Part shown: in pieces, positions 38,189 to 48,962 of the stretch
Layout of the letters: each line of letters starts with the position of its first letter
Position numbering within the stretch: the stretch's first letter is position 1
Origin: Bacilli bacterium
GTDB lineage: Bacteria > Bacillota_I > Bacilli_A > RFN20 > CAG-826
NCBI GenBank assembly: GCA_045615545.1
Contig: JAZLFA010000067.1
Location: 279 to 64,278, forward strand
Direction of reading: 5' to 3'
Length of the DNA stretch: 64,000 nt
Position numbers and translations under genes: made by a program
The notes under the pieces: generated by a model
Seen by the model: only the letters and a program-made list of their open reading frames with translations
Told to the model about the DNA's origin: nothing
Database searches by the model: none

Positions 38189-38801
38189 TATTGCTATTAT
38201 TTGTGAATATTTAGATGAGCTCCTTCCAAATGTTGGTTGTGAGCTTATTTATTCTAATGATTATGAACTTTTGTTAGCGGTTATGCTTTCTGCTCAAACA
38301 ACTGATAAAGCGGTGAATGGAGTGACCAGTATTTTGTTTTCAAAATATAAAACTCTCAATGAACTTGATAATGCATCTTTTGAAGAAGTAGAGGCAATCA
38401 TCCATCCATTAGGTTTATCAAAAAATAAAGCAAAAAATCTTAAGGCAATTGTACACGAACTACTTATTAAGTTTAATGGTGTAGTCCCAAATAACCGGAT
38501 AGATTTAATGAGCTTACCAGGTGTTGGTCATAAGACTGCTGGCGTAGTTTTAGCAGAATATTTTAAGAAACCAGAATTCCCAGTTGATACACATGTAGCT
38601 AGAATATCTAAAAGATTAAAACTCGCGAAAGAAAACGATGAACCAATTGAGATTGAAAATAAGTTAAAAAAAGCTTTTCCAGAAACATCTTGGATAAAGC
38701 TCCATCATCAGTTTATTCACTTTGGCAGATATTATTGTTTAGCTAAATCTCCAAAGTGTAAATCTTGCAAATTAGTAGGGATTTGTAAGGAAAATCGTTA
38801 A
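38178..38801 (+). CDS. nth: Endonuclease III
   Basis: HhH-GPD motif (LPGVGHKTAGVV) and C-terminal 4Cys Fe-S cluster loop. Confidence 0.85.
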   Translation: MKNNIAIICEYLDELLPNVGCELIYSNDYELLLAVMLSAQTTDKAVNGVTSILFSKYKTLNELDNASFEEVEAIIHPLGLSKNKAKNLKAIVHELLIKFNGVVPNNRIDLMSLPGVGHKTAGVVLAEYFKKPEFPVDTHVARISKRLKLAKENDEPIEIENKLKKAFPETSWIKLHHQFIHFGRYYCLAKSPKCKSCKLVGICKENR

Positions 38802-39388
38802 TTTTTGAAGTATTTTTCGTTAATTGCGTCAATATAATATAACCTAGGAAGAAGGCCTTGTTTAATTAGCACGCCTTCTTTTTTAATTACATCATAAGGA
38901 ATGCTTTTTCTTGCCCCGTTTTTATAATAATCAATAACATAACTCGCATCTAATAAGTAGACTTCAGCGTAGGCTTCAAATTCAATCACAAAGAATGCGA
39001 TTCCTCCATGGTGGAGTACTCCTTCAAGATGTTCGATTTGATGCGCTGAAATATTCGCTAACGGAAAAGAAGTTTTTGATTTAGTATTCTTTGCTTCAAA
39101 ATCAATATATCTTCCTTTATATACTCCGTTATAGTCGGTGGTAGATTGTTTTTCAAAATAGGCGTTAGTGATAATTGCGCCTCTTGAATAATCAACTTTC
39201 ACTACATTGATTGGTGTCGGCCTTTTGGTGACTAAACATATCCCTTTTTCTTTATAATATTCATTTGAAAGATTAATATCTTCCTCGAGGTTCATTCCTC
39301 TATTGCCCGCTGTTAAAATGGCTTTGCCAGCTTTTTTATTATTTTTTTTCTCTTCTTGTTTATATTCTTGTCCGTTAGGATATTTCAT
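38798..39388 (-). CDS. recU: Holliday junction resolvase RecU
   Basis: Strong match to the Bacillus RecU core (QSTTDYNGVYKGRYIDFEAKNTKSKTSFPL). Confidence 0.85.
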   Translation of the reverse strand: MKYPNGQEYKQEEKKNNKKAGKAILTAGNRGMNLEEDINLSNEYYKEKGICLVTKRPTPINVVKVDYSRGAIITNAYFEKQSTTDYNGVYKGRYIDFEAKNTKSKTSFPLANISAHQIEHLEGVLHHGGIAFFVIEFEAYAEVYLLDASYVIDYYKNGARKSIPYDVIKKEGVLIKQGLLPRLYYIDAINEKYFKN

Positions 39389-40113
39389 CAGTCTAAATAC
39401 TTTCTTGCGTTATATGAAAATTCATTTGCTGTAACGTCTTCTCCATTAGCAAGTTTCTTTACTGCTGCTTGTATAGGCGCAGGCAAATGATTTGTTCTAG
39501 ATAATGTTTTTAAATAATCTTCTAAAACAATTGCTTTATTATCTAAGAATGCTTGGTATAAATGAGCTAAGTTAATAGCGTCGACTTCTGGATCGTGAGC
39601 ATTTCCAGCTTCTTGAAGATTGAAGTGTTTAATATAGTTAACAAGTGAATATGGATTGTTTCCCTCATCTTTTATAAATTCAGATATAAATGAAAGATAA
39701 TCCACATAGTTTTTTTGCATTTGTGAAACAATTTCTCTTGGAGTATCTAGGTTATATGATAGTGAAGAAGAAAGAATCTTCATATCATGATTACCAAAGG
39801 TAATAAATGAAGCTTTTTTAAAAGAAATCCCACAATATTTTTTAAATGCAAATAGAGCTTGAGCAAAACTGACTCCTTCTTTTTGAAGTTTATCATCAGT
39901 AATACCAGTTAGATTTGTTACTACTTTTCCCACTCTATTTTTTGATTTAACAAGTAATTTAAAAGGTTCTTTGTATTTTTTAATATTTCCGTTTTTATCA
40001 ATTATTGTTAGGACCGCACCTATTGCAATCATTTCATGTGAAAACTGTGTTCCTTCAAAATCCATGAACACTAAACATTTATGGCCTTTAAATTGATTGA
40101 GCATTTTTTTCAT
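39388..40113 (-). CDS. DEDD-family 3'-5' exonuclease (KapD-like)
   Basis: Exo I-like motif FMDFEGTQ and overall DnaQ-like layout. Confidence 0.55.
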   Translation of the reverse strand: MKKMLNQFKGHKCLVFMDFEGTQFSHEMIAIGAVLTIIDKNGNIKKYKEPFKLLVKSKNRVGKVVTNLTGITDDKLQKEGVSFAQALFAFKKYCGISFKKASFITFGNHDMKILSSSLSYNLDTPREIVSQMQKNYVDYLSFISEFIKDEGNNPYSLVNYIKHFNLQEAGNAHDPEVDAINLAHLYQAFLDNKAIVLEDYLKTLSRTNHLPAPIQAAVKKLANGEDVTANEFSYNARKYLD

Positions 40114-40204
40114 ACAAACGTGTAAATTATAACATTATTGGCTCTTTTTTCAATGAAAAAAGATTGAAATAAACGAACTGTTATTATATTATAATGAGCA
40201 GGTT

Positions 40205-40567
40205 ATGGAAGTAAAATTATTATTAACTAGCAGAGAAATTTTAGAAAAGGAATTTAGAGCGGTTCCTCGTGGATACGACGCTTTAGAAGTTGATCAATTT
40301 CTTGATAAAGTTTTATCTGATTATCATAAAATTGAGGAAAACTCTCTAGTTGATAGAAAAGAGATTGATTCTTTGAAAGCCGAAATTGCTTCATTGAAGG
40401 TCGAGAAACATGATCTTGAAATTGAATTAGGCAAATTTAAGTCAAGAGTTTCTAACATTAGAGAAACCGACAATGTTAATACTTCCAATATTGAACTCAT
40501 TAAAAAGATTAATAGGTACGAAAAGTTTCTATATAATCATGGGTTTCAACCTGAAAACATTAAATAA
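40205..40567 (+). CDS. gpsB: Cell-cycle protein GpsB (DivIVA domain)
   Basis: LTSREILEKEFRAVPRGYDALEVDQFLD matches the GpsB/DivIVA N-terminal domain; followed by rnpB as in Bacillus. Confidence 0.8.
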   Translation: MEVKLLLTSREILEKEFRAVPRGYDALEVDQFLDKVLSDYHKIEENSLVDRKEIDSLKAEIASLKVEKHDLEIELGKFKSRVSNIRETDNVNTSNIELIKKINRYEKFLYNHGFQPENIK

Positions 40568-40902
40568 CATTCGATCTGGATAATTGCTGACGTAGTCAGA
40601 GGAAAGTCCATGCTCGCACAGGCTGCGATGCCTGTAGTGATTGCGCTAGCGGAAAAGATAACGCTAGGTATGTAGGAGTGCATAACGGCGACAGATAACC
40701 TAAGGGCAACTATGGTTAGAAGTCTGAAAGTGCCACAGTGACGTAGTTTATTGGAAACAATAAAGTGGAACGCGGTAAACCCCACAAGCGAGAAACCCAA
40801 ATTTGGTAGGGGAGGTCAAAAGCGAGAATTGAATCGCTAAGGCAAGCATTGCTTAGATAAATAATTATCCACGACAAAACATGGCTTACAGGATCGAATA
40901 CT
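40568..40902 (+). ncRNA. rnpB: RNase P RNA, bacterial type B
   Basis: GAGGAAAGUCCAUGCUCGCAC, GAAAGUGCCACAGUGACG, GUGGAACGCGGUAAACCCC, AGCGAGAAACCCAAAUUUGGUAGGGGA, ACAAAACAUGGCUUACAG; P1 pairs 40569-40579 with 40889-40899. Confidence 0.92.
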
Positions 40903-40919
40903 CACTATAAGGAGAAAAT

Positions 40920-41573
40920 ATGAATCTTCCAACAAAAATTACATTTTCAAGAATTATCGCAATAGCGATGATGGTTATTGCTTTATTTGCACTATACTGT
41001 GTAAAGATAGCCAACCCATCATTTCAAACCTTTGTTTTAGGCAATAGTGGTATCAACGTTGTATTTCTTGTTCTATGTATTTTCTTTTTAATTGCAAGTT
41101 ACACAGATCATCTTGATGGACACTTAGCAAGAAAAAATAATCAAGTCACAGCGCTTGGTAAATTTTTAGATCCTGTTGCTGATAAATTACTTATTAACAC
41201 AATGGTTATTTTCTTAGCTGCTCCAAGTGTTTTTGCAAGTTATATTCCTGATGCAAATACAGTCGCAAAATTTTCGGTTTGGTGCGCAATTATCTTGGTT
41301 GCAAGAGACATAGTTGTTGATGCGTTAAGATTTATTGCTGCTGAAAAAGGAGTGGTTATTGCAGCGAATATCTTTGGCAAAATGAAGACGGTTTTAGAAA
41401 TGGTGGCCATTGTTTTGGTCTTATTAAATGGTTGGCCATTTTATTATTTTGATAAAGATTGGCCAGTAAGAATTGTTGATATTTTCGTATATTTAGCAAC
41501 ATTTGTTAGCTTGCTTAGCGGAATTATTTACGTCGTTCAAAATCGTAAAGTTTTTATTGAAGAAAAGAAATAA
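40920..41573 (+). CDS. pgsA: CDP-diacylglycerol--glycerol-3-phosphate 3-phosphatidyltransferase
   Basis: CDP-alcohol phosphatidyltransferase motif DHLDGHLAR...G...DPVADK. Confidence 0.8.
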   Translation: MNLPTKITFSRIIAIAMMVIALFALYCVKIANPSFQTFVLGNSGINVVFLVLCIFFLIASYTDHLDGHLARKNNQVTALGKFLDPVADKLLINTMVIFLAAPSVFASYIPDANTVAKFSVWCAIILVARDIVVDALRFIAAEKGVVIAANIFGKMKTVLEMVAIVLVLLNGWPFYYFDKDWPVRIVDIFVYLATFVSLLSGIIYVVQNRKVFIEEKK

Positions 41574-41575
41574 AT

Positions 41576-42046
41576 ATGACAGCTGTCGAATTACACGAAC
41601 TTTTTAAAAATAGTGGTAGAACTCTTGGTTCAGTTGAGTCATTTACAGGCGGTAAATTTGCTGCTTCAATAACAGCTATTGCTGGTGCTTCAACTTTCTT
41701 TAAAGGTGGTATGGTTACTTATGCGACAGAAGAAAAAGAAAGATTGCTATCTATTGATCCAAATCGCATTGACGCTTATGGAGTTGTTTCTCAAGAAATC
41801 GCCGGAGACATGGCGATGCACGCAAAGTTCTTACTTAATGTAGATTACTGCATCTCTTTTACTGGTAATGCAGGGCCTAGCGCGATGGAAAATAAACCAG
41901 TGGGAGAAATATATATTGGTGTTAGTGCTTATAACACAACGCAAGTTTTTAAATACCAATTAAATGGAACACGTGATCAAATTATTGATCAAGCACTTGA
42001 TATTGGCTATCAACATTTAGCAAAAATGTTAAATTCGTTCAAATAA
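41576..42046 (+). CDS. cinA: CinA C-terminal domain protein (NMN amidohydrolase PncC-like)
   Basis: CinA C-terminal signature (SVESFTGGKFAASITAIAGAS); pgsA-cinA-recA synteny. Confidence 0.85.
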   Translation: MTAVELHELFKNSGRTLGSVESFTGGKFAASITAIAGASTFFKGGMVTYATEEKERLLSIDPNRIDAYGVVSQEIAGDMAMHAKFLLNVDYCISFTGNAGPSAMENKPVGEIYIGVSAYNTTQVFKYQLNGTRDQIIDQALDIGYQHLAKMLNSFK

Positions 42047-42094
42047 TTTATAAAAAATGAAAATAAATGTGTATTAAATAATAGAGGTGCATTT

Positions 42095-43084
42095 ATGAAA
42101 AATGATGAAGAACAAAAACAATTACTAGAAACTCTTAAAGAAATTGAAAGAGTGTATGGAAAAGGAGCAGTTATTCGTTTAGGAGATCGTCCTGCAGTTG
42201 ATGTAGACGTAATTCCAAGTGGATCATTACTTCTTGATGAGGCATTAGGTGTAGGTGGTTACCCTAAAGGAAGAATTATCGAAATATTCGGTCCTGAAAG
42301 TAGTGGTAAAACCACATTAGCATTGCATGCTATTGCTGAATGTCAAAAGGCTGGTGGACAAGCAGCGTTTATTGATGCGGAACATGCAATTGATCCTGTC
42401 TATGCTAAAAACTTAGGTGTTAACATTGAAGAATTAGTTTTATCACAACCTGATAGTGGTGAACAAGCATTAGAAATTACAGAAATGTTAGCAGGTAGCG
42501 GTGCTATTTCACTTATCGTTGTGGATAGTGTTGCGGCATTAGTGCCACAAGCTGAACTTGATGGTGAAATGGGAGATAATTCTGTTGGTCTACAGGCGCG
42601 CTTAATGAGCAAGGCAATGCGTAAAATCGCTGGCGTGCTTAATAAAAAGGAATGCGCAGTTATCTTTATTAATCAACTTAGAGAAAAAGTTGGTGTTATG
42701 TACGGTAATCCTGAAACCACTTCCGGAGGAAGAGCGTTAAAGTTCTATGCTTCAATTCGAATTGATATTCGTAGAAGTGAAGCGCTTAAAGCTGGCCCTG
42801 ATATTTATGGAAACACATGTAAAGTTAAGATTGTTAAAAATAAAGTTGCTGCCCCATTTAAACAATGTGAAATTGATATCATTTATGGTCAAGGCATATC
42901 TAAAGAAGGAGAAGTCATTGATCGCGCAGTTAGCTTAGGCATTGTTAAAAAGAGTGGTGCTTGGTATGAATATCAAGGTGAAAAGATTGCTCAAGGAAGA
43001 GATAGCGCTAAAAAGTTATTAAAAGAAAATAAAGCATTAATGAGTGAACTACTAAATAAGATAAATAGTGGTGTAATTCAATAA
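42095..43084 (+). CDS. recA: Recombinase RecA
   Basis: Walker [10 protein letters not shown] and RecA L1/L2 regions. Confidence 0.95.
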   Translation: MKNDEEQKQLLETLKEIERVYGKGAVIRLGDRPAVDVDVIPSGSLLLDEALGVGGYPKGRIIEIFGPESSGKTTLALHAIAECQKAGGQAAFIDAEHAIDPVYAKNLGVNIEELVLSQPDSGEQALEITEMLAGSGAISLIVVDSVAALVPQAELDGEMGDNSVGLQARLMSKAMRKIAGVLNKKECAVIFINQLREKVGVMYGNPETTSGGRALKFYASIRIDIRRSEALKAGPDIYGNTCKVKIVKNKVAAPFKQCEIDIIYGQGISKEGEVIDRAVSLGIVKKSGAWYEYQGEKIAQGRDSAKKLLKENKALMSELLNKINSGVIQ

Positions 43085-43098
43085 TTCAATGTATAGTA

Positions 43099-43123
43099 CG
43101 CGCCCCTGCTGGCGCGTTTTTTC
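43099..43123 (+). terminator. Rho-independent terminator CGCGCC-CCTGCT-GGCGCG followed by TTTTTT
   Basis: GC-rich 6-bp stem plus T-run directly after recA. Confidence 0.85.
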
Positions 43124-43315
43124 TTGTCTAAAAATATTACTTTTTATATAATTGGTTTGTATCCTCGTAAGATACTAACTATAGATTCTCAATCGAGAAA
43201 CTTTATTATCGGGCTCATGCCTGTCTACATATATTAAAATCATATTCATAATTTGGTTTTAAAAATTATTATAGTTATTTTATTTTTTCGTAAACGAAAA
43301 GAAAGGACTTAGTAT

Positions 43316-44887
43316 ATGATATATACTATTGAAGGTTTAGATTGGCTTTGGTTTGCGTTAGTAGGACTAGTTTTATTTCTTATTGGCGCCGCTATTGTTA
43401 TGTTTATTCCTGTTTTTAAGAAACGACGTGCAGATATAAAGGCCGACAAAATTATTCGTGATGCCGAAATTAAAGCTGAACACATTGCAAAAAATGCACA
43501 ACTTGATGGCAAACAAACCATTCAAGAAATGAAAAACGAAGCAGAAAAAGAAATCCGTGAAAGAAAGAATGAAATCGCCGTTCAAGAAAACAAACTCTTA
43601 TTAAGAGAACAAAATATTGATCGTCGTGATTCTCAATTAACTCAAAAAGAAGCTGCGTTAGATGAAAAGAATGAAGTTCTTTCTCGTCGAATCAAAGATT
43701 GTGATAGGAAAGAAGCAGCGTTACAAGAGAAAATTGATTCTATCATCGTTGAATTAGAAAAGGTTGCAAAAATGACGACCCAAGAAGCAAAAGATGAGCT
43801 TTTTGCAAAAGTGGAAAGCAAGATGTCTACTGAAATTGCTCTTTTCATGAAGAACCAAGAAGAAGAAGCAAAAGAAACTGCTGCTGCTAAAGCACAAGAA
43901 CTTTTAGGCTTAGCCTTATCTAAGTATGCACAAGATGTTACAACTGAAAGAACTGTCTCAGTTGTCGCGTTACCTAACGATGAGATGAAAGGTCGTATTA
44001 TTGGACGTGAAGGAAGAAATATTCGTTCATTAGAACAATTGCTCGGTGTTGATTTAATTATTGATGACACTCCAGAAGTAATTACTGTTTCTTGCTTTGA
44101 TCCAATTAGAAGAGAAATTGCTAGACGTTCTCTTGAAGCATTAATCAAAGATGGCCGTATTCAACCAGGAAGAATTGAAGAAATTGTTGAGAAATGTAAA
44201 CAAGAAGTACAAGAATCTGTTCATAAGACTGGACAAGATGTTGCCTTTAAACTTGGTCTACCAAGAATCAACAAAGAACTATTAGACTATGTTGGTAGAT
44301 TAAAATATCGTACTTCATATGGTCAAAATGCATTAGATCACTCAATTGAAGTTGCTTACCTTTCAGGTATTATGGCGGCAGAATTAGGTTTAGATGAATC
44401 CTTAGCAAAACGTGCTGGATTATTACATGATATTGGTAAATCATGCGACTTTGAAAGCGATGGTAGCCACGTTGAAGTTGGTTCTAGACTTGCTAAAAAA
44501 TATGGAGAACCAGATGTGGTATTAAACGCTATTGAATCACACCATGGTGACACTGAAGCTAAATATGTTATCTCAAATATTGTTCAAGCCGCTGATACAT
44601 TAAGCGCTGCTAGACCAGGTGCTAGAAGTGAAATTCTTGAAAATTATATTAAGAGAATTGAAAAGCTTGAAGAGATTTGTAAATCATATGATGGTGTTTA
44701 TCAATCCTATGCTTTACAATCTGGCCGTGAATTACGTGTTATGGTAATTCCAGAACAAATTGATGATATCGCTGCTTATAAATTAGCTCGTGAAATAAAA
44801 GATCGTATTGAAAATGAAATGACTTATCCAGGTCAAATTAAAGTTTCTGTCATCCGCGAATACCGCGCTGTCGAAACTGCGAAGTAA
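43316..44887 (+). CDS. rny: Ribonuclease Y
   Basis: N-terminal TM, coiled coil, KH domain ([12 protein letters not shown]) and HD domain (LHDIGK). Confidence 0.95.
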   Translation: MIYTIEGLDWLWFALVGLVLFLIGAAIVMFIPVFKKRRADIKADKIIRDAEIKAEHIAKNAQLDGKQTIQEMKNEAEKEIRERKNEIAVQENKLLLREQNIDRRDSQLTQKEAALDEKNEVLSRRIKDCDRKEAALQEKIDSIIVELEKVAKMTTQEAKDELFAKVESKMSTEIALFMKNQEEEAKETAAAKAQELLGLALSKYAQDVTTERTVSVVALPNDEMKGRIIGREGRNIRSLEQLLGVDLIIDDTPEVITVSCFDPIRREIARRSLEALIKDGRIQPGRIEEIVEKCKQEVQESVHKTGQDVAFKLGLPRINKELLDYVGRLKYRTSYGQNALDHSIEVAYLSGIMAAELGLDESLAKRAGLLHDIGKSCDFESDGSHVEVGSRLAKKYGEPDVVLNAIESHHGDTEAKYVISNIVQAADTLSAARPGARSEILENYIKRIEKLEEICKSYDGVYQSYALQSGRELRVMVIPEQIDDIAAYKLAREIKDRIENEMTYPGQIKVSVIREYRAVETAK

Positions 44888-44910
44888 TTACTTCATAGAA
44901 AGAAACTAAA

Positions 44911-45690
44911 TTGAAAATTCTATTTATTGGTGACATTGTCGGCCGTGTTGGAAGACGAATGGTAAAGGAATATCTTCCTAACTATATCAAAAAGTATAGT
45001 ATTGATTTTGTTATTGCTAATGGCGAAAACGCTACCCATGGTAAGGGATTAATCCAAAAGCATTATGAAGAACTTCTTGATGCTGGAGTTGATTGCATTA
45101 CTTTAGGGAATCATTACAATTCTAAAAATGAAATCAATCGCTACATTGATTCCGCTGATCGTTTGGTAAGACCTGTTAATTTGTTAAATGGTTTTCGTGG
45201 CGATGGCAGTGTAGTGTTCGATCTAGATGGTATTTCCATAAGGGTTACTAATCTTCTTGGTACAGCATTTATGGAAGAAGAAGTTAACAATCCTTATTAC
45301 GCGATGCTTGAAGTTTTAGAACATGAACCTTGTAATATTCATATTGTTGATTTTCATGCCGAAGCAACAGGTGAAAAACAATCTCTTGGTTATGTTTTAG
45401 ATGGAAAAGTAAGCGCAGTTGTTGGGACTCATACACATGTTCAAACTAATGATTTTAGGATTTTTGAAAATGGAACTGCTTTCATTTCTGATGTTGGTAT
45501 GACTGGGTTTAATGATGGCATTCTTGGATGCAGTAAAGAAAGTGTAATTAGGAAAACTTTCTTTGGTGAATTAACAAAGTTCGAACCACCAATGGAAGGT
45601 AAAGGTATCCTTTCTGCTGTTGTGTTAGATATTGATGAAAATACTGGTAAAACCCAGCAAATATTCCCTATTTTTTATAAAGAAGCATAA
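44911..45690 (+). CDS. ymdB: YmdB-family metallophosphoesterase (TIGR00282), TTG start
   Basis: MKILFIGDIVGRVGR... GENATHGKG motif; follows rny as in Bacillus. Confidence 0.85.
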   Translation: MKILFIGDIVGRVGRRMVKEYLPNYIKKYSIDFVIANGENATHGKGLIQKHYEELLDAGVDCITLGNHYNSKNEINRYIDSADRLVRPVNLLNGFRGDGSVVFDLDGISIRVTNLLGTAFMEEEVNNPYYAMLEVLEHEPCNIHIVDFHAEATGEKQSLGYVLDGKVSAVVGTHTHVQTNDFRIFENGTAFISDVGMTGFNDGILGCSKESVIRKTFFGELTKFEPPMEGKGILSAVVLDIDENTGKTQQIFPIFYKEA

Positions 45691-45692
45691 TT

Positions 45693-47129
45693 ATGAAAAC
45701 AAAAATTATTAATGAACCAGATTTAAGAAAAGCCTCTAATAGAAGTCAAAAAGAGACAGTCTTTTATCATGCTGAAGTTGATGCTTCAAGTAATGTTATT
45801 TCATTATTAAAAAATAAAAAATATTTCATTAAAACTTATGGCTGTCAAGCAAACGTTAGGGATGAAGAAACGATGCGTGGTTTGCTTGAATCAGCCGGTA
45901 TGATTCGTAGTGAACAAGTTGACGATTCTGATGTAATTATTATCAACACTTGCGCTGTTAGAGAAAACGCTGAAGATAAGGTATATGGCGAGATTGGCAA
46001 CTTGAAACACTTGGTTCGTAAGGGTGATAAGGTTTTAGCTATATGTGGATGTATGGTTGAACAGCCAGAGATCTTAAAAAGAATTTTAGACACATATAAA
46101 GAAGTTAACTTATTTTTTGGTACGCACGAAATATATCAATTACTTAATTTAATTTATGAAGTTCTTACCACTAAACAAAGAATTGTATCTATTGAAAGCA
46201 AAGCTGGTGAGGTGGTAGAGAATTTACCTTCTTGTCGTAATAATAAATTCAAAGCCTTCGTAAATATTATGTACGGATGTGATAAATTCTGTACTTATTG
46301 TATTGTTCCATATACACGTGGAAAAGAACGCAGTCGTAAATTTAATGATGTAATGAACGAAGTTAATGAATTAAAAACTCTAGGTTATCAAGAAGTTACA
46401 TTCCTTGGACAAAACGTTAATGCTTATGGCAAAGATTTAAATGAAGGATATGATTTTGCTGATTTACTTGAAGCTGCCGCTAAAACAGGTATTCCACGTA
46501 TTAGATTTACAACATCTCATCCTTGGGATTTTTCAGTTAAGATGATTGATGTTATTGCTAAATATCCAAATATTATGAAATTTATTCACCTTCCAGTGCA
46601 ATCTGGTAATAGCGAGATACTAAAGTTAATGGGCAGAAGATATTCTCGTGAAGATTATTTAGCATTAGTAAAGCAAATGAAAGAAAGAATTCCGGGGTTA
46701 GGATTATCAACTGACATAATCGTTGGTTTCCCTAATGAAACAGAAGACCAATTTAATGATACCTTATCTTTGGTAGATGAAGTTAAATATGATTCAGCAT
46801 TTACTTTTATTTATTCTCCTCGAAGAGGGACCCCCGCTGCGAGGATGAAAGATGATGCAACTTATGAAATTAAGTCTCGTCATTTCAAAGAACTTGTTAA
46901 GCATCTTGAAGTTAGCATATCCGCCAGTTCGTTAGCGATGGTAGGAAAGACTTATAAGATACTTGTTGATGGCCCTAGTAAAACAGATGAGCAAATGTAT
47001 TCTGGTTATACAGAAAGTAATAAATTAGTTCATTTTAAGGGTAACGAAACTCTTGTAGGAAAAATAATTGATGTCAAAATTACTGACTCCCATACATACT
47101 CTTTGATTGGAGAAATTGTGAATGGATAA
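45693..47129 (+). CDS. miaB: tRNA-i6A37 methylthiotransferase MiaB
   Basis: MTTase N-terminal Cys triad, radical-SAM CxxxCxxC (CDKFCTYC) and TRAM domain. Confidence 0.9.
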   Translation: MKTKIINEPDLRKASNRSQKETVFYHAEVDASSNVISLLKNKKYFIKTYGCQANVRDEETMRGLLESAGMIRSEQVDDSDVIIINTCAVRENAEDKVYGEIGNLKHLVRKGDKVLAICGCMVEQPEILKRILDTYKEVNLFFGTHEIYQLLNLIYEVLTTKQRIVSIESKAGEVVENLPSCRNNKFKAFVNIMYGCDKFCTYCIVPYTRGKERSRKFNDVMNEVNELKTLGYQEVTFLGQNVNAYGKDLNEGYDFADLLEAAAKTGIPRIRFTTSHPWDFSVKMIDVIAKYPNIMKFIHLPVQSGNSEILKLMGRRYSREDYLALVKQMKERIPGLGLSTDIIVGFPNETEDQFNDTLSLVDEVKYDSAFTFIYSPRRGTPAARMKDDATYEIKSRHFKELVKHLEVSISASSLAMVGKTYKILVDGPSKTDEQMYSGYTESNKLVHFKGNETLVGKIIDVKITDSHTYSLIGEIVNG

Positions 47130-47391
47130 AGTTATTGAATTGACCAATGAACTCAAGGAAGAAATTACACTTCTACCTGAATATAAAGAATTCATAAAAA
47201 TTAAAGAATTGTTGCAAAAAAGCAAAGAATTGCAGGAAATTCAGGCAAAATTAAATGATAAAAAGATTACTCAAGTAGAAAAAGAGAAGTTGGAAAAAGA
47301 ATATAAAAATCATCCGTTGGTAATAAACTATATCACAAGTAGAGATGAATTAATTTCTATCTTAAATAATGTTAAAAATATTTTGAATTAA
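47122..47391 (+). CDS. Small YmcA/YlbF (RicA)-like coiled-coil protein
   Basis: Position after miaB as in Bacillus; weak sequence similarity; 89 aa. Confidence 0.4.
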   Translation: MDKVIELTNELKEEITLLPEYKEFIKIKELLQKSKELQEIQAKLNDKKITQVEKEKLEKEYKNHPLVINYITSRDELISILNNVKNILN

Positions 47392-47392
47392 T

Positions 47393-48256
47393 ATGATTTA
47401 CGTAATTGTTGGTCCAACCGCTTCAGGAAAAACTAGCGCCGCTAACCGATTAGCGGAATTTCTTGATGCGCCAATTATTAATGGCGATGCCTTTCAAATC
47501 TATAATGATATGAACATTGGTACTAATAAGATAAGCGAAGATGATCCGTGTTTTAATCGTTATAAACTTTTAAATATAGTTAATCCTAATGATAATTTTT
47601 CTGTTAAAGAATACCAAGATGAGTTTAGAAAAATCGACATATCCAAGTATGATAATGTTGTAATTGTTGGTGGAACAGGACTATATATTCGTGCCGCCTT
47701 ATTTGATTATGTATTCCCTGATACAAATGTTAAAGATGAAGAATATATAGAGAAAACTAATGATGAATTATATCGAATGCTTTTATCTTTAGATAAAAAG
47801 GCAGCTGAGAACATTCACCCAAATAATCGCAAAAGAATAGTAAGAGCTATTAACTTAATTAATCAATCAGGCAAAACTAAAAGCGAAATTATTGATGCGC
47901 AAGAGCATAAACTTATATATCCTAATGTTCGATTCTTATTCATAAATCCTTCAAGGGATAAACTTTACTTAAACATAAATGAACGTGTTGAAGAAATGTT
48001 TGAAAATGGCTTAGTGGATGAAGTTAAAACATTATTATCAAAATATCAATTATCTCAAACTGCGTCACAAGGTATTGGTTATAAGGAAGTAATTGAATAT
48101 CTTGATAATAAAATGAGTTTATTGGATTGTAAGGAACTAATAAAAAAACGCACCAGAAATTACGCAAAAAGACAGGTGACATATTTTAAACATCAGTTTG
48201 ATTGTGTTGAATATTCTTCATTTGAAGAACTGCTTAAAGGAGAAATTCATGAGTAA
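47393..48256 (+). CDS. miaA: tRNA dimethylallyltransferase MiaA
   Basis: P-loop GPTASGKT and MiaA-typical regions. Confidence 0.9.
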   Translation: MIYVIVGPTASGKTSAANRLAEFLDAPIINGDAFQIYNDMNIGTNKISEDDPCFNRYKLLNIVNPNDNFSVKEYQDEFRKIDISKYDNVVIVGGTGLYIRAALFDYVFPDTNVKDEEYIEKTNDELYRMLLSLDKKAAENIHPNNRKRIVRAINLINQSGKTKSEIIDAQEHKLIYPNVRFLFINPSRDKLYLNINERVEEMFENGLVDEVKTLLSKYQLSQTASQGIGYKEVIEYLDNKMSLLDCKELIKKRTRNYAKRQVTYFKHQFDCVEYSSFEELLKGEIHE

Positions 48257-48935
48257 TCAGTTTGATCGTACTATTGGTTTAATTGGAGAAAGAAGTTTCT
48301 CTTCTATTCAATCTAAAACCATTTTAATTGCCGGTATTGGTGGAGTAGGCAGGACTTGTTTTGAAGCCCTTTTACGAACAGGATTTAAACATTTTATCAT
48401 AATAGATAAAGATGATGTTGATATCTCAAATTTGAATAGGCAAGTATTATTCATTAATAAAGATGTTGGAGCTTCTAAGGTTGAAGCTGCAAAAGAAAAG
48501 GCTTTATCAATAAATAAAGATATCGATATTATTTGCCATAAAACAAAAATTGATAATAATTTTTCTAAATTGATTAGTGTAAAAGTAGATTTTATTGTTG
48601 ATTGCGTTGATGATATTAATGCGAAAAAAGCATTAGTTAGCTATGCAAATGAAAATAATATTCCTGTGATTTCATCTTTGGGGATGGCGAATAAGTTGGA
48701 ACCTTCATTAATCAAGGTAGGATTATTAAATAAAGCAACTGTTGATCCACTTGGAAAAAAGTTTAGATATGAACTTAAGCAAAGTGGTATTGATTTTTCA
48801 AAGTTGATGGTAGTGTATTCTACCGAAATTCCTCATAAGAATGGAACTAAATTGAATTCAATTATTACCGTTACTTCTACTGCCGGATTATACATATGTA
48901 ATTATGTAGTTTCTTATTTCATTAATATGGAATAA
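48249..48935 (+). CDS. tcdA: tRNA threonylcarbamoyladenosine dehydratase TcdA (ThiF/MoeB E1-like)
   Basis: Rossmann GIGGVG motif and DxD-I-S-N-LNRQ motif; start at ATG 48249 after an AAAGGAG RBS. Confidence 0.75.
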   Translation: MSNQFDRTIGLIGERSFSSIQSKTILIAGIGGVGRTCFEALLRTGFKHFIIIDKDDVDISNLNRQVLFINKDVGASKVEAAKEKALSINKDIDIICHKTKIDNNFSKLISVKVDFIVDCVDDINAKKALVSYANENNIPVISSLGMANKLEPSLIKVGLLNKATVDPLGKKFRYELKQSGIDFSKLMVVYSTEIPHKNGTKLNSIITVTSTAGLYICNYVVSYFINME

Positions 48936-48962
48936 GATATAGATAATTAAGGAGATTTTCTT

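Noticed and set aside
40546-40800. 84-aa minus-strand ORF
   Set aside because: Lies entirely within rnpB (RNase P RNA), identified by multiple universally conserved segments.
43642-44148. 168-aa minus-strand ORF
   Set aside because: Antisense to rny (RNase Y), which is strongly supported; Ser-rich low-complexity product.
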